From NCBI GenBank assembly GCA_964270895.1, contig OZ185438.1: DNA of 64,000 nt. One strand, 5' to 3'. Numbering within the stretch: the stretch's first letter is position 1; every line of letters starts with the position of its first letter. Source of the DNA: Podarcis filfolensis (taxonomy: Eukaryota). Positions 26,325 to 41,800 of this stretch are shown in pieces. A model generated the notes under the pieces. It ran no database searches. It had not been told where the DNA came from and saw nothing but the letters and a program-made list of their open reading frames with translations. A program made the translations under genes and the position numbers.

Positions 26325-26716
26325 CACTCATATAATCTCTTCACTTAATTTTCATTCTCCCAAAACATTTGGAGGCAATGGAAATGCTCGATCAGCTACT
26401 TTTCTCCCACTGTGCAATGCTTTGCCACTGTGGTGAGATCAACATAGTAGTTGATTTTGTAAAAAAAGGAAAATGTCGTAGCAATACACTGGGCTCCACC
26501 AGACCACTTAAAAAATCCCCCAAAATAATAATAACAACAGTAGCCCACTTTGTACTCGCCTCAGAAATACATGTTAGACCCTTCTGCAAGATAAAGTTTC
26601 ATAGGAGAAATACATGGGATAATTGAGAATTGCATTCATCACTACCTGGCAAGAGTAAAATGATTGTGCAAATGCACACACATCTGCCAATTCTTATTAG
26701 ATTCACAGATCGATTT

Positions 26717-26872
26717 TCAGTTTTTCACCAGAAGTCCCCTTTTAAATGTGCAGAGCCCAACTGCAGTCGCTGATGTCAAGAGAGCACAGAAGCCAAACAA
26801 CTTGAGCAGTCCAGGTACAGAAGGCAAGTTCCTTTCCCAAAAGGTGGTAGTGATTGGCAGGGCTGGGACATC
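26717..26872 (-). CDS. MAOB: MAOB exon 15 coding part ([51 protein letters not shown])
   Basis: atccag|GAT...TGA; tail-anchor helix. Confidence 0.94.
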   Translation of the reverse strand, partial: DVPALPITTTFWERNLPSVPGLLKLFGFCALLTSATAVGLCTFKRGLLVKN

Positions 26873-29800
26873 CTGGATGGAAGAACATTCACTATTAGTG
26901 TAACGCAAATGTGATGTTCTTCTTAGGTGGCAATCTTAGTCACATCTATTTGGGTATAACTAAGAGCCATGGAATTATGCAGGACTTGCTTGTGACAAAG
27001 CATGCACAGGTTTCAGTGTTCGTTACAGATCCCGTATAAAGCATGTCACGGAATGGTTGATAAAATTAATACCGTATTTTTCGCCCTATAGGATGCACTT
27101 TTTCCCCTCCAAAAATGAAGGGGAAATGTGTGTGCGTCCTATGGGGCGAATGTAGGCTTTCACTGAAGCCTGGAGAGCGAGAGGGGTCGGTGCGCACCAA
27201 CCCCTCTTGCTCTCCAGGCTTCAGGAAGCTATCCGCAAGCCGTGGGAGAGCTGCCTGCACCCCGAAGCCTGGGGGCACGCTGAGCTCAGCGCCCCCAGGC
27301 TTCGGGCTTTGCGCAGCTCTCCCACGGCTTGTGGAGAGCTGCCTGTTCTGGGGGCTGGGGTCGGGGGAAGCTCGGGCTTCCCCCGCCCCAGCCCTGCGCC
27401 TGGGGGGAAAATATATTTTTTTTCTTTATTTCCCCCCCAAAAAACTAGGTGCGTCCTATGGGCCGGTGCGCCCTATGGGCCGAAAAATATGGTAATAATG
27501 CAGCACTATTTCACCTTAAAGGAAGAACTGCAAACTTACGAGTGATTCTGGTTCTGACTTCCAAATTTCTGCTTCCGAAATCTTCCCCATTGAGTGCAAT
27601 ATCTAAAAATGAAGATAACATTTACATGACTTCCTTTTATTTCCAAATACCTCGGTAAAGGCTTCCCAAAAATTATACACTAAATGCACGCCAAGGTTTC
27701 AGATCTTTCTGAAACGAATGGGAGGTGCACAAATTCACACGTAATGCAGATTTATCAGAAAGGTCCAAGATTTAAGGACATATCAAAACAAGCTAGGCAA
27801 AATGTTGCCTCCACAGATGCTGCCATGGGAATAAATCCTGCATCTGCAAACCAAGTAAAGTTTCAACTGGATTTAAGATAGACGATTTCCTGGGAATAGT
27901 CCAAAATACTGCAGGCCTGCCCTAATCCCCAATGTCGAATTTCAAGCTCTCTTTCCAATTTTAAAATGCATTGCATTATTTTAAGCAGTTACAACCAGAG
28001 TATGTGTTCAGCAGTCCGCAGTCATCAGAAATCCAGCTGGTGAGACAGGGCCTGTTCAGTTGTGGCACCCATGTTTTGCAACCCTCTCTCAAGGGAGGCT
28101 CTGCTTTATTAGAATTCCAGTCCATTTTCCTTTCTTTTGTCGCATTTTGGGATTCATTTGACCACAACTACCCTTAATTCTGTGATTTTATGTACTGACT
28201 TTCCCATTTTGGTGGCTTGCTTGTTTTTGTTGATTATTTGCTTTTAATGGGTGTCTCGTAAATTGCTTGGCCAAATCGTGGAATACAAATGTTTTAACCA
28301 ACAAATACAACTGCCCTTTATTCAAACATATCAGCAGTGCAATCCTATATGCCCCTATGAAAGAAAAAACTCCTAGATCAGTGAGTATAGGATTGCAGCC
28401 TCACAAGGCCTTGTTACTCAGGACTCCACTGTACCTCTCTGACGGCTCTCTCTCCAGCCTGCACTGCACCTTCCATGTAGCCGCTCCATTCTGAAGCCGT
28501 CTCGGTGCCTGCAAAGAAGATTCTCCCAACTGGCTCACGAATTACCCTTTAAAAGAGGCACAGAATATGGAAAGCATGAGGAACCATTTCTCTAAATGTA
28601 AATCAGAGACAAGAGCATTCGTAATATCATTCTACCACATCAGCATTGCAACCTATGGCAGATTGCTTCTGGTCCCCTTTCCCAACTTTATGAAATCCTT
28701 TCTGAGGAGAGGAAAGGTGACTAGAATTGAGTAACAGTCTTCTGATACAGAAAGTTTTCAAGGCACAGAAATCTGAGTTTACATACAGAGCACCCTTGTT
28801 GGGCAAAGGCATAGAATTCCAACATTAATTATGTAATTTGTTAGCTTACTACTTTTATTTATTAGAGACATATTATAAACTCAAGAGTTGTAACTGAATG
28901 TTAATCAGAGCTGTTATGTATGCAAGGATGCTCTGGGCTGATGGCACTGATATAAGTAGCAACATAAAACCTTTGCTTCAGATAATATGCTTAAGATATT
29001 TCCAAATAATAAATGCTTTATCTTGAGTGAGGAAGTTACTTTTACTGAACACCTGCAAACTCTCACCAACACTTAGACGTTCTAGTACCCCTTTAATTAA
29101 GGATGCACACTTTCCTGGGATCTCTTGCATAGGACTGAGCTGTTTGGAGCTAATTAACTCATTAAAGGCATGGTCGCCAATCAACAACAAAACATGAATC
29201 TGATTACAGTTTTTATTAACTGCTGAAACAAATGCAACCTCCTGCCAGTCATCGCGTAATCACAAGCTAGGGAATTGTATTTCAGATGTTATAATCTCCT
29301 CAGGTTTCTTTCTGTAATGAAACATCCTTGCTTATTGTTAACATACCTTCCAAACTGAGTCATTATCCCTGGAGGGAAATAGGCTGTATAGCACCCCCCA
29401 GAATATTGTTCTTCACACCAGTTCTTCTCTTCATAGTGCACTGGCTAGAAAGGCAGAGTTAACAGGGTTAAAAGTAACAGAGGAAGCTTAAAAAACAAAA
29501 CAAAAAATCAGAAAACTTATTTCAGAGATCTGTGAGGAATACCCAGTGATTTCTCATGTCACTTCAAAATTTACATATCTATTTACAGATAAAGCCACTC
29601 CAATTTGAAAATACAGGTCAGGTAGCACATTTAAAAGTGTAGGTAAAAATACTTTAAATGAGAAAAGAAAATGGGTAACACACATAAACTTTAATCCCGC
29701 TCTGCCCCACTGCTTTGTTAAAGGTTTCTTAGAAATGTATTATAATAAGGTACAAAAAAATATAGCAAGTGCTTACTGTTCTCAGTCCATCTTTGAAAAA

Positions 29801-32800
29801 ATTGAAATGCAAAATACATCTTTGAAAACCCTCACGTGGTTGACTGAGATCCACATGTGAAATATTCCCAAATACCAACACTCAAAGTGAACCTACTGGT
29901 TTTCTGAGGTCATGGATTGTGCGTCCAGCTTCACGGACCATGACCTCAGAAAACTAATCCAAGATGACTAGTCTTATAAATCTTCCAAAAGATGTTCAAG
30001 CACTGTCCTGGGGCCTCAGGGGAAGATTTGGTGCCAGAGTATTGTCATACAAAAAAATTACTGGGATTCATCTGCTAAAGGAGGAGAATGCATGAAGCCC
30101 TGCTAGCTGTATCATCAGAGCTAATCATTAATAAAAACAATATATATTATCCTCTTACATGCAAGGCTTCCTGGGATCCCAACACCTTTGCATAGAGCTC
30201 ACAGATCCTTCTTTTCCTATAGCAGAAATACAAGAAAAAACATATTGCTGAGCTTACGTTTCTGAAACAAACTATAGTTTGCTCTGAATCTGGATTTTAT
30301 CACCTCAGTTTCTAAGATTAATATTTACAGGGATTGGTGCTATACATTCTAAAGGCCCTCATAAACATCATGGGCCTGAGCCTACTAGGGACCACCACCC
30401 CACACACAGTCTGCATACAACATCAGCAGCAACAAGGCTAGCCCTATTGTTAGGCTGCTGGCCTTCTAAGTGAGACTGCAACCTGGGGCAGCTTACTGGA
30501 GTATCACAAACAGGCAGCAAACATTACTGTTGCATTTTTAAAGTGAGGGAAGGGAAAGTGGTGCTTGTGGGATTTTCTGCCTTGGGTACCAAAATAACTT
30601 GGCCAGCCTTGGAGACTCTGCCTTTTCTGCTCTTCCTCAGGTAGCAAAAATTTCTCTGGATGGCCCTACTGAGTAGCCACATGTGCAAACAGATCCTATG
30701 TGTGCAGTTTGAATAGCTGGGCCTGTATGCATGGAACAATTCCTTTAAAAGGCTAAAACAAAGCTTTGCCAATTGCCTGTTCATAGGAGGATACAAGCAA
30801 ATGGAAATGACCTCCTTTCCTTTCCCCACCCAATGGCTGATCAGTTGGATTCTCACTTTTTAAAAATGCATTACAGGCTGCTCTGTGTCACAAGAGTTGT
30901 ATCGTATCCCCTGTGCTTGCTATGAGCCAGTTTCACAAATGACTCCCATAAAGTGATTGGGCGCATACTGAAATTGCACAAAGGCACAGTGTGGAATCCA
31001 TGCATGAAAATAAGCTTCGATGCATCGTTGGTGGGTCTTCTGGACATGTTCTCACATACACAAAGACTGCTGCAGGAGGAGCTCCCCCGCCCATAGAGCT
31101 CATCATTTGTTGCAAGAACAAGGCTGACTCCAGGCCCACCCTCTCGCACTATGTTGTTATAGATGTTATGACCGTCATTGCATACATCAATTTCTGGACT
31201 GGGGAGTCGTAGTAACTACGCACTGAATGAAATACTTTAAACTTAGCAAATACCAAACAGCACTAATTTGGAGACCATCGGAACCATCAAAAACATCATT
31301 ACTTCCTTTAATCCATTTTGTCCTGGGAGTCAAAACCTATATGAAATATATTTGCAGAGGAACCATTTATTTGTATATTTATTTACAAAGAATATTTGTA
31401 TGCTGCCAGCTCATATAAAAGATGTAAAGCAGTGCACAATATATGCAACAAAACACAAAACAATACCCCCCCAAAAAAAACCAATAAAATGAATGGCTTG
31501 CCAAGAAAGTTTAAACAGCTGCATAGACCTGTTAGTGCATAAAGGTCTTTGCTGCTGAGCTTTACATGGGGCAACACTGGGACTAAGGAGGAGGAACTTG
31601 ACTGGCAGTGCGACCACCTGGTCTGGCTGTAAGTAAGAAAGAAGGGAGGCGAGGGTTGGTTGAGGCTGGTGGAACAGTGCTCCACTTGCCCTAGTGGGTC
31701 AGCCTCCACTGATTCTACCACCATATGAATGAATGAATTTATTATTTCAGTCACAGACCAGTTACAGCTCACATACAAAATCAGGGAAGTCCATATGGGA
31801 ATGGAAAGAAAGGAACATCTTGGGCTGCCAGAAAAAAAAATCCAGAGGTTTATTGTTCATACCTTTCCTCCGCGGTGAGGTGAGTCAATTTTCTGCATTT
31901 CCGAGCAAGGATAAAACTAAAATACAATAATATAGAACAGACTCTTACTTCTATCATCATAATAGAATCAATAATAATTATAGTTTAGATAAAGACCATA
32001 GGATGCCGGTGCTTTTCAATCATGTCATAAAGTCCTTTTTCAAGACTTATGCAGACTCTGTCAGGTAGCATCTTTCCACGCGATGTGACAACCCAGAAAC
32101 ACCAGCCATCTCACTTTGTCTCTCCTTCCATGACATTGTGGAAAAAGGGAAGCATGGATTTTTCTCATGGAAGTGCCCAAGAGCACTTGACACCTGGTTG
32201 GCACAGCTTATGCACTGCACACACAGGAAACAAGAAGTTCCACACTTGCCTGTTACCAAAAGATGTGTGAAAGAATGAGGGACCCATTCTTTCTCTTCCC
32301 GTACTTCTACATAACATATGAAAAGGTATGCAGGTTATAAACTAAATAGATGCAAACTCAAACATAGTAGACTGAGACAATAATTCTTCTTCACAGACAT
32401 CTTTTTATACCCCTACAGGATATATTAAGCCAATGCCCTGTATTATGGTTGCTTTTCCGTAAAGAATGATGTTCCAACTGTATGGTACAGTTGCTCAAGT
32501 TAAGCATGTATGGTACATGCTTAAGTCAAAACACAAATGATACTCTCTTCACATTTCATTTCTGATTCTCTTCCTCTCTTAAAAGACTCAGAAGGCGGCT
32601 TTTCAGTATTCCTTACCCAATTATTGCTGGAAAACTTCCATCGGGTTTAGTGTCATCTAGTGTCAAACCAATAGCTGCATCCTCATCTTCAATTATCATG
32701 GTGCCACAATAATCTGAAATGGGAGTGAAAAGTGAATCCATGTACCAGTAATCTAGGTAGTTCTAACAACTATGTCACTCTCATGCCTCTAAATAATATA

Positions 32801-35800
32801 TCTGAACAACATATCTTGACAACAGGGGCACCACAGGAACATTAAATTTAATGCAATGTATATGCAGCAATTTAAAAGTCACAATACACAGCTACTTAAA
32901 GTGATTGGGAGAAACTACATAGAGAAAGGGCCTTTAGAAAGCCCTCCTAGTAGGTCCCAGGAAGAATTATTCCCACCTAGACTAATGGGACGTGGGTGGC
33001 ACTTGATGATCAGAAGGTCGGCAGTTTGAATCCCCGCGACAGGGTGAGCTCCCATTGCTTGGTCCCTGCTCCTGCCAACCTAGCAGTTCAAAAGCACGTC
33101 AAAGTGCAAGTAGATAAATAGGTACCACTCCAGCGGGAAGGTAAACGGTGTTTCCATGCACTGCTCTGGTTCACCAGAAGCGGCTTAGTCATGCTGGCCA
33201 CATAACCCGGAAGCTGTACGCCGGCTCCCTCAGACAATAAAGCGAGATGAGCGCAGCAACCCCAAAGTCGTCCACGGCTGGACCTAACAGTCAGGGGTCC
33301 CATTACCTTTACCAACACTAATGTCCCTGAGATCACTTAACTGTGGATATATATTTTTGTATTTTAGTTATTATTACACTTATTACACTTTCCTCAAATG
33401 AGCTCAAGGTGGCATGTGTGGTTCTGCCCCTGTCCGTTTCATCTTCACAACAACCCTGTGACATAGACCAGGCTGAGAGACAGCAACTGGTTCGAGGGTA
33501 CCCAGTCAGCTTCTTGGCTGAGTGGTCCCGCATTCTAACCACTATACCAAATTGGCCTTCTGGGAGATGCCAAGAGTTGAGCCCTAAGAGTGTCCTGAAC
33601 AGCCATGCACCACCATTATGTTTGGATTTCTAGAAGTTTCTGAGGTTCCTATATTGTACTCTGCAACTGTGTGAGGTAACAGCAGGCTTTAAAAAAGAGA
33701 GAGAAATGGATAGTCTTTGGGTGGCTGCCAGATTCTGGGTTACCATGGTAATTCTTCAGGCACAGAGAATATCGACAACTCTTTGCATAAGATCTTGCTC
33801 TCCATAGTGCACCACATTAATCATAAAGATAAAAGACGTAACCCCATCTTCAAAGCACCTTCCCCAGGGAGGGTCCAGTATCTTTTCGGCACTATTTGCT
33901 CAGGCCTTTTAGACTCCCTTTAAAATGCTGTCTTAGTAAGGGTTATTTGGTTTTAATATGCATTGTCTCTTCATGGCTGCTCCACCATCTTAATGTTACT
34001 GTTTGCTTTAATTGTTAGCTTTAATTGTTTGCTTTTAATTATTAGAATTGTTAGTCACTTTGGGATTCAAGAACACACACACTTTATGCATCTATTTCAA
34101 TATGTGGGTTGGATCCAGACTTCACCCATGCTGCTGGAAGGGAATGGTGGTGGAAGACAACTTTCTCCACTTCCTCCCTTCCCCTGAAGTCCCCAGAGGA
34201 TGGGGAGGGGACCCTCTGGAACAGCATGGGAAGGAGGGGAGTAATAATAATAATAATAATAATAGTAATAATAATAGTAATAGTAATAATAATATCACCT
34301 CCCGCCCCACCATGAGCAGGATCTGTCTGCTGGATCAAAAACCTTCAGTGAAGGAACCACAGACAGCAAGATTGTGCCTGTCTAGCTCTCCATCTATGTG
34401 TCTGTCTCTCTAAGATGATGCTGAAGAAGACAGCATGAGAATAACATGTGAGAAAAAGTACACTTTAGGGCAATTCTGCATGTGCCCCTTCCCTTCAATC
34501 AGCATGAAATACCTTTTTTCCTCCAGAATGCTTCCTTGTAGTATACTATGCATTTGATGACTGATCCCATAGGAACCCGGCTGATCAACTGATTCCTCAT
34601 TGAAGGCAACGGAGGGTTAAAGTGAATCTTCATACAAAGTGCCGGAGGGATGGCACTAATAACATACTGGGCCTTGAAAAGAAATACAAAGAAAAATCAA
34701 CTCTATCTTCACAGGATACTTGAAACTGCTTGTGTTATTATAGGAGACTTCCAGTTACATTTCAATGAAAATTTGACTCACAAAAGAGGATACAAATTTC
34801 TCATCAGGTTATAGGTCACAGAAATTTAAAGTGACAAGCAATTTTTCCAATGATGACAGAAATGGACCTTTGAATTTTTCCAAATGGCTGAATAAATTGT
34901 TGAAAAGGCTCTTTGCAACACAAAGAACAGAAGGGTAGTTTTAGATACCATTTAGATACTCAGGCATCTCCTGGGAAAATTTAGGACAGCAGCCACAAGG
35001 AAGGAGTACAGTCACAACAGTCAAGAGAAATAATTAAAAGTAAGAAAGTAAGAAAGCACAATAGCATAAACTCATTAAGGAACTTGCAACCAACATGCAT
35101 TTAAGCTTTACACATTAGTAATTTTCCTTAAAATTTTTTGTTAAAGGGGACAGAAAGGGGGTAAAAAGGAAGAAATACTTTGGGATTCCTGCTTGCTATT
35201 GAACCCAGTGTGTTTTGACTATACACGATTTGGGTTTTATGCACTATCCCCAGAATGTAACTCCCACATTGCATTGAGATATGTCAATCAAGTCATGGCT
35301 TACACACACTCTTCTACCCTTTCCTGCTTCCTCAGGGTATGAAGGGAGATTAAATCTTTAATTCCTGGTTTGCAGCAACCTGCTCACAATTTTGTTGTCC
35401 AAACCTGGCAAACCATGGTTTGTGCAAACTCTATTTGCTTCTAAACCACAATCCCAAACCATAATTTGATCTGTGCTTGAGATCTCCTTTGTGGGTAGAC
35501 TATGAGGAAGGAAAGTTTATCATCTCTTCTCTCACAAACAGAGGAAGGAGAGGGGGAGAAAGTGTACAGGTCCAAGGCATAATTTGTTCATGTTTGTAAC
35601 AGCAAACTGTGGATATTTAACGCAGTCAATTGAACCCAGTTGTTTGAACATTTTTGTTTGTTGGGATACTTCGCTCAACTAACAAATGTCCTTTATATCC
35701 TCTTCTTCTTATATGACGAAAAGAGAATCCTTATATATATTAGAACTGTAAGCTTTAAAATCACCTCGTATGTTTCATGATCCAGTGTCTCCACAATGAC

Positions 35801-38800
35801 ACTTTCACCAGTCTGATCAATGGAGGTAACAGGCTTCTCTAGTTTAACCAGCTCTCCTAGGTATTCCATGATCTTCTCACAAATTTGGCCAGAACCTCCA
35901 ATGAATTTCCTCTCCTGGAAAATAGAAAAAACACACAACATAGTTCAGCAGACCAAATTGGTGGCTTAAAATGATACCCAGATGGAACAAATGAACCACA
36001 ATAGAACCCCCTTCATATGAATATTTTTCTTCTGGCTGGGACACACACATCCAGCACCTTCACATGTTGAGCATGAAGGGCTAAAGGCGGCTTCTAGCCA
36101 TGTTTGGAAGCCTTTGTACAGCTAAAAATCCTGTTATCTGGGCTTTCAAGCTAGAAGAAGCTACTAAACACATTCAGCCCCCTTCAGACCATCTAAATAA
36201 AAATATCAATGTCAGAGATGGTGTTGGCAGTGCATGGAGAACATGGAGGGCATATTCTGCCCTCTGGAGACATTCAACCCTCACTCCATCAAGCTGAACA
36301 TCTAAAATTATTGCCATAATTATTGAACACAAATAACCGGGGGAGGAGGGGTTCTAGTTCACTATACCTGGCCTCCATTGGTTGTTGAAAATATCCTGGA
36401 TGTCCCACCGCACTGTTTAACATACCACAGGAACCACAGAGCGGAGACCTCATGGGGCTCAGAGGTAACATCAACATTGACAAACAGAGTAGCAAACCGT
36501 CTGGCAGCACTGCACACAAATCCAAAAAAAAGAGGAATAATGTTGAGTTTGGCCTCTCCCCCTGCCCCGCCTTCATTACAGGTGTGGAGATGCAGGATTC
36601 TTGCTGGACAGCTCTTACTGCATGCACAGGGAGGAGTGGCTAATATCTCCATTCTCCCTTTTCATGTAATGGGGGGGTCTCAGTTCCAATCATGGTGGGA
36701 GGGTGAGATTAGTTTTCCCTCTTATGAGATGCCTTCCCAGTAAGAAGTGGGCTACACCCATGCCTGCTGAGTATTTAAAGAAAAACAAGATATGCCACTA
36801 TCTCCAGGGCACATCATGAAAAGACAGCAAATGGTTAGTTAATTTACAGGGAGGGAAAGAGGTGCTTTTCCTGCCTCAGGTGCCAAAATAAGTTAACCAG
36901 GCTTGGGTATTAATCACTTTAACATAGGGAGGGGGAATGTTCCACTTTGGCAGTCCTAAGTTCAACGGCTACTCAATGGCTCTGTGTGTGTGTGTGTGTG
37001 CATGTATACATACAGTATGTATATACAGTGGTACCTCAGGTTACATACGCTTCAGGTTACATACGCTTCAGATTAAGAACTTTGCTTCAGGATGAGAACA
37101 GAAATCATGCTTCGGCAGCACAGCAGCAGCAGGAGGCCCCCTTAGCTAAAGTGGTGCTTCAGGTTAAGAACAGTTTCAGGTTAAGAACGGACCTCCAGAA
37201 CAAATTAAGTACTTAATCCGAGGTACCACTGTGTATATATATGCACACCCACACCCCAGTGGATTGCAGCTAAAGATTTCTATCATAGCTATAAATGCCC
37301 TGATGAACTTTTCATTTACTATTCCACTTGAGACTATCAAATAATTCATGTATTGAAGGGAATATTTTTTTTATTAAAAACCCACAGCTTTATAATTTTA
37401 ATTCTTTTATAATCCAAGGGAGCCAAGAAAATGTCAAATAAGTGAAAACCAATGAGAAAATATTATTCAAGCAATGTTTTTCTGATTAGTTCTTTCCAGA
37501 AACCAGCATGCCCCATTTGTTCCTACCTGAAAGAGCACACTGTGCTTAAGGAAAGTGTTGGCCTCCAGGGAAGCCTGACATTTTGATCTTTTTGTGCATG
37601 ATTTTGACAGCAGCGTATTATTTCTAAATGATCAATCACTGAAATAGCAACACTGCAATTGCATGTAATATTTATCACATGTTTTCACATATAAATCTGT
37701 TACTGTTCCTCACCTTCTTGAGATGCCTCAAACAAACAAGGCAATAAATAAGTGACCCAAAAAGGCTGAGAGTTCTTTCCATGATATTTGAAAAGCAAAG
37801 GAGTGAATTAAATATTTCCCTGACATATAGACTAATATTCTGTTATGAGAGAACCATAACTGGAAGCAATAGAGGCAAAATTTTCCCCTTGTTCGTATTT
37901 TGATATTTAGTATTTTAAGAAATTAAGAGGAAACAAGGAATGCTCCAGTACTACCATCTTGGCAAAGGATGGGGACAGGATACAAAAATCCCCCTTAATG
38001 TTATAACCACTGTAACCATCAGTGATCTGGACACAGAGTCAGAGGCTACAGGGGCACCAGATGGGGAGTCAGTGGAGGGCTCAGAGCTGATTGCTGAAGA
38101 TAGGGAAACCATTGCACATGAGGTGGTTGGACAGGAGGCCACAGAGGAACTTCCCTATAGTACTCTCATGGGCACCTTCCCCTGACCCTGAAGCACCAGT
38201 TGCCTCCCAGTGCACATCACCAGTCCAGCAGCACGGGCAATGCACCAGGAGGGAAGCTATGGAACAGGTGAGAAGTGACTGTGCACAGGCCAGAGGGTTG
38301 GGTCTTTAAATCAGTAAAGCTCACTCAAGAGAGCGGAACCTGGAGATAGCAGTCTAGAAACAGAGGCATAAAAGACCCCAGTCCACTCCCAACCTTTGTT
38401 AGAACAAGTTGCTCACTTGGAGCTGTCCATGGTCCAGTTTTGATCTGCCTTGCCTCCTTCTCCATGGAATCTGACATCAGACCAAAACAGGGCACATAAG
38501 TAGTGCACAGTCCTGGTTTCCTTCAATCTACTGTTTCTGGCACAATGTTGGAAGACCCTCCCAAATCTCCCCCATGTCCAAATATTTGTTCAATATTTCA
38601 GAAGTGGGTCCTCAGAAGCACCTCTGAGCACACCATGCATCACATGCAGCTCTGTGGATTTTGCCCTAAATAACAGCAATCTTCAACCCTAAGTAGGTTA
38701 GTGGTACAACACATGCTTTCAATCTGTGGCATGCTTACAATCCTGGGAATATCCAGGTAAGGCTAGAAAAGACTCATATAAGCAACCCTAGAGAGCTGCT

Positions 38801-41800
38801 GCCAATCAACATAGACCAGGAGCAGCCAACGTTGTGTCCTCCCGATGCTGTTAGACTATAACTCCCAACAGCCTCAATGATGATGATCCCAATGATCAGG
38901 GACAATGAGAGTTGTAATTCAGCAACACTTTGGGCTGGATTGGCTATCCCTGGGATAGACAATGCTGAACTAGATGGACCAGTGATACAAACAGCTTCCC
39001 ATGTTCCTTTGACTTCTTGCTCTTATGTTCCAATCAATGCAGAACTAGTGCTGTGCCAAAATATTTCTCCAGAATTTTATTTCCCTGTGAAATGAGTCAT
39101 TTTCCCCTGCCTCATTATCAGGGCACTTCAGCATTTCTGTGGGTGTAGGACTTTGAGCTTGCCTTATAGTTTAAGAGAGTAGTGGTGTGTGCATCTTTCC
39201 AGAAAACATTTATTCACCACTGTGCAGCCTCCCTGGCTGCCCCTGATTCCTGATCTGAAAAGCCCCATGGAATGAGTTATCTTATGATGTGTTCCCCTAG
39301 GCTTTAATTGAAGCATGGGTACCTGGGCAGGCTGCAGAGTGCAGACTACTGGTGACATGATTTGCAGAATAAAAGAAAAGACACTCAAGCCCACCCAATG
39401 GCCACCTTGAAAGCAAGGTAAACACAACAAAAACCCTGTACCCTATTTATGAAAATTTCACCAAAATGTTTAAAAAGTGAGAGAGAAAATTAGCACAGCA
39501 CTCATTTAGAACATCAGTGCACACATGCCATGGTAGAGACTGCATGCATGCACTTCATGTCTCTGGAAGGTTATACTTCCATGCCTTTAGAATTAACTAT
39601 ACAGGGAAATGGATGGCTCCTTCTATTTTATTTGTATGTAGTATGGCCCTTGTGTGATTCCTCATTTGAAATATGTAAAGTTTATAGGAAATTATCAAAC
39701 ACACATAGCTTTCTGGCTGCATTAGAGCTTGCCAGACCTAACTAGGCACCTAATATATGTCATGCATCTCATTCCAGCATGCAATGCCATATAAAGGCAA
39801 ATTTGTTCAATTTGTCAACAGAATGGAAGAAAAATGGAGATTACCCTTCAGCTCCATTGCATCCTAGAGAAAGTAAGCCATTTCAAAAAACATAAATCTT
39901 GATCACAAAGGCAGATCAAATGCATAGAAGTACATGAAACATGCAAATCGATAGGTTTCTAATAAGAGAGAGAGAAATGAGGTTCACCCAAAGGTCTTTC
40001 CTGGGGCTTAATATGGGATAGGACTCAGTTTGTGTAGGAACCATTGGTTTTAATTCATTTTATCTAAACCACATTCTCCCGGAAGCTGAAGAAGAGTGGG
40101 AGGTCTCACAACCCTCCCAGCTGAGCATTAACTTAGGAATGCTCACTGCAAAAACAAAAGTGTTAAGTGCTAGAAAAACAAATGCAAAAACAGAAACAGA
40201 AAAACAAAAAAGCCTAACACTAAAGTAGGGGCAGTGAACTGGATCCAGTGGGAGAGCAAGATCCAACCCTCCACAAGCCACTTTGACAGGCTGGCAGGGC
40301 CACCCATCTGTCAATTAGCAGATATCATATGAGACCAGGTAATTTAAAACTTTCATGAAGAACTGGGAGCACCTTCTGGGCCAGATAGGGAGACATGGGC
40401 AGACCACCTTAGCCCATGGCTTGTAGGCTCCCCTCCACTGATGGAATGTTGCTTGTGTGGTGCTGTCACTGAAGAGTTCTTAGAAATGTCCTCTGGTAGA
40501 AAATGGGACTAACAAATTGACCAGAGTTGCTAAGAGAAAATAAATGAATCAGCTCCCAGATTATTTTTTTTAAAGGGCTGTGGCTTTCCAGATGTTGCTT
40601 GGCCATTGTCCATGCTGGCCAAGGCTGCTTGGAGTTGGTACAAAATCATACTTCATAAACCATGGGTTGCTTAACCCCAATCTATTTCCCTGTTGCTAGT
40701 TTTATGGTGGCAGATAACATTTTTATTTCTAGGAGCATTTGAAGTCCTTTGAATTGCTGTTTGGGGGTTTGGAGTTTTCCACTGCTAGTCTGTTTTGTTT
40801 ATTTATTTTTTTACTCTTCCTAAACTCAGCAGAGCTTACATGAGTAGACATGTGTATGGTCACACTGTCAGAGCAATATAGCCACATTTCCACATGCACA
40901 TTATTTCACTGTATCTCCCAACTGTGAACACAATTCATCATTCACTATGATAAAGATTAATATTACTGTAGCAAATAGACAGCGTTACTTCTCAACTTAG
41001 GATAGAGATGTTTCCTCTAGGTACTATTGCTATTGAGCTTATCAATATGGAATGTATAAAACTGCATCTCACTTTGTCCAGCACACTTTGTCTATCAATT
41101 CTTGCATAGTCATTTTGTCCCATTCCTCTGCATGGGGCGCCTTCCATGGTGCTTCATTGGGAATCTAAGAGAGAAAGAGAGTCACATCTCAAGAAAGAAG
41201 CCACAGATCTCCTATGTAGAAATCATTCACTCTCTTCACTGGCTCCATTGCTTTCTCCACAGGAGCGCCATACTAGTTCACTTCTAGACTACTTAAGACT
41301 TTAGAAGCAGAATACTAACAGGATTCTCTAGAAAAATAAACTAAAGTTTCATTTATCCATGACACCAAAGAGTTTTCACCTTCTGCAAAGCCCTCTGCTT
41401 CCCAGTTTAGTAAAAGAAAATAAAGCCTTTGTGCTTTGGGAATTTATTCTGCCTATCAAACTGCACTGTTCAATGGGCTGGACAGATTTTTCATTGAAAA
41501 TTTTAAAATACTATATAGCATATTTAAAATTAATTAAGTCCTGTACTCTTTTAATTGGGTTTCCCACACAATAAACTATTATTAAGTCTGCAATGTCATA
41601 TACCCTTACTTAGGAATAAGTTTGAAATAGCTCATTGAGAAGGTATGGACACAATGCTGTGGATGGAATACTGAACTGAGCATCATGTGCATAATGGGCA
41701 CAGGCAGTCACCTCTAGTGAGGCTGCAAGAAAGAGATAAAAAGCATTTCCTCCAATTTCAATTGAACATGGCCTGCCATTATATCCAAAGTAGATAAATG

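Noticed and set aside
34048-34413. Poly-Asn, poly-Ile and poly-Leu ORFs
   Set aside because: Translations of the (AAT)n microsatellite.
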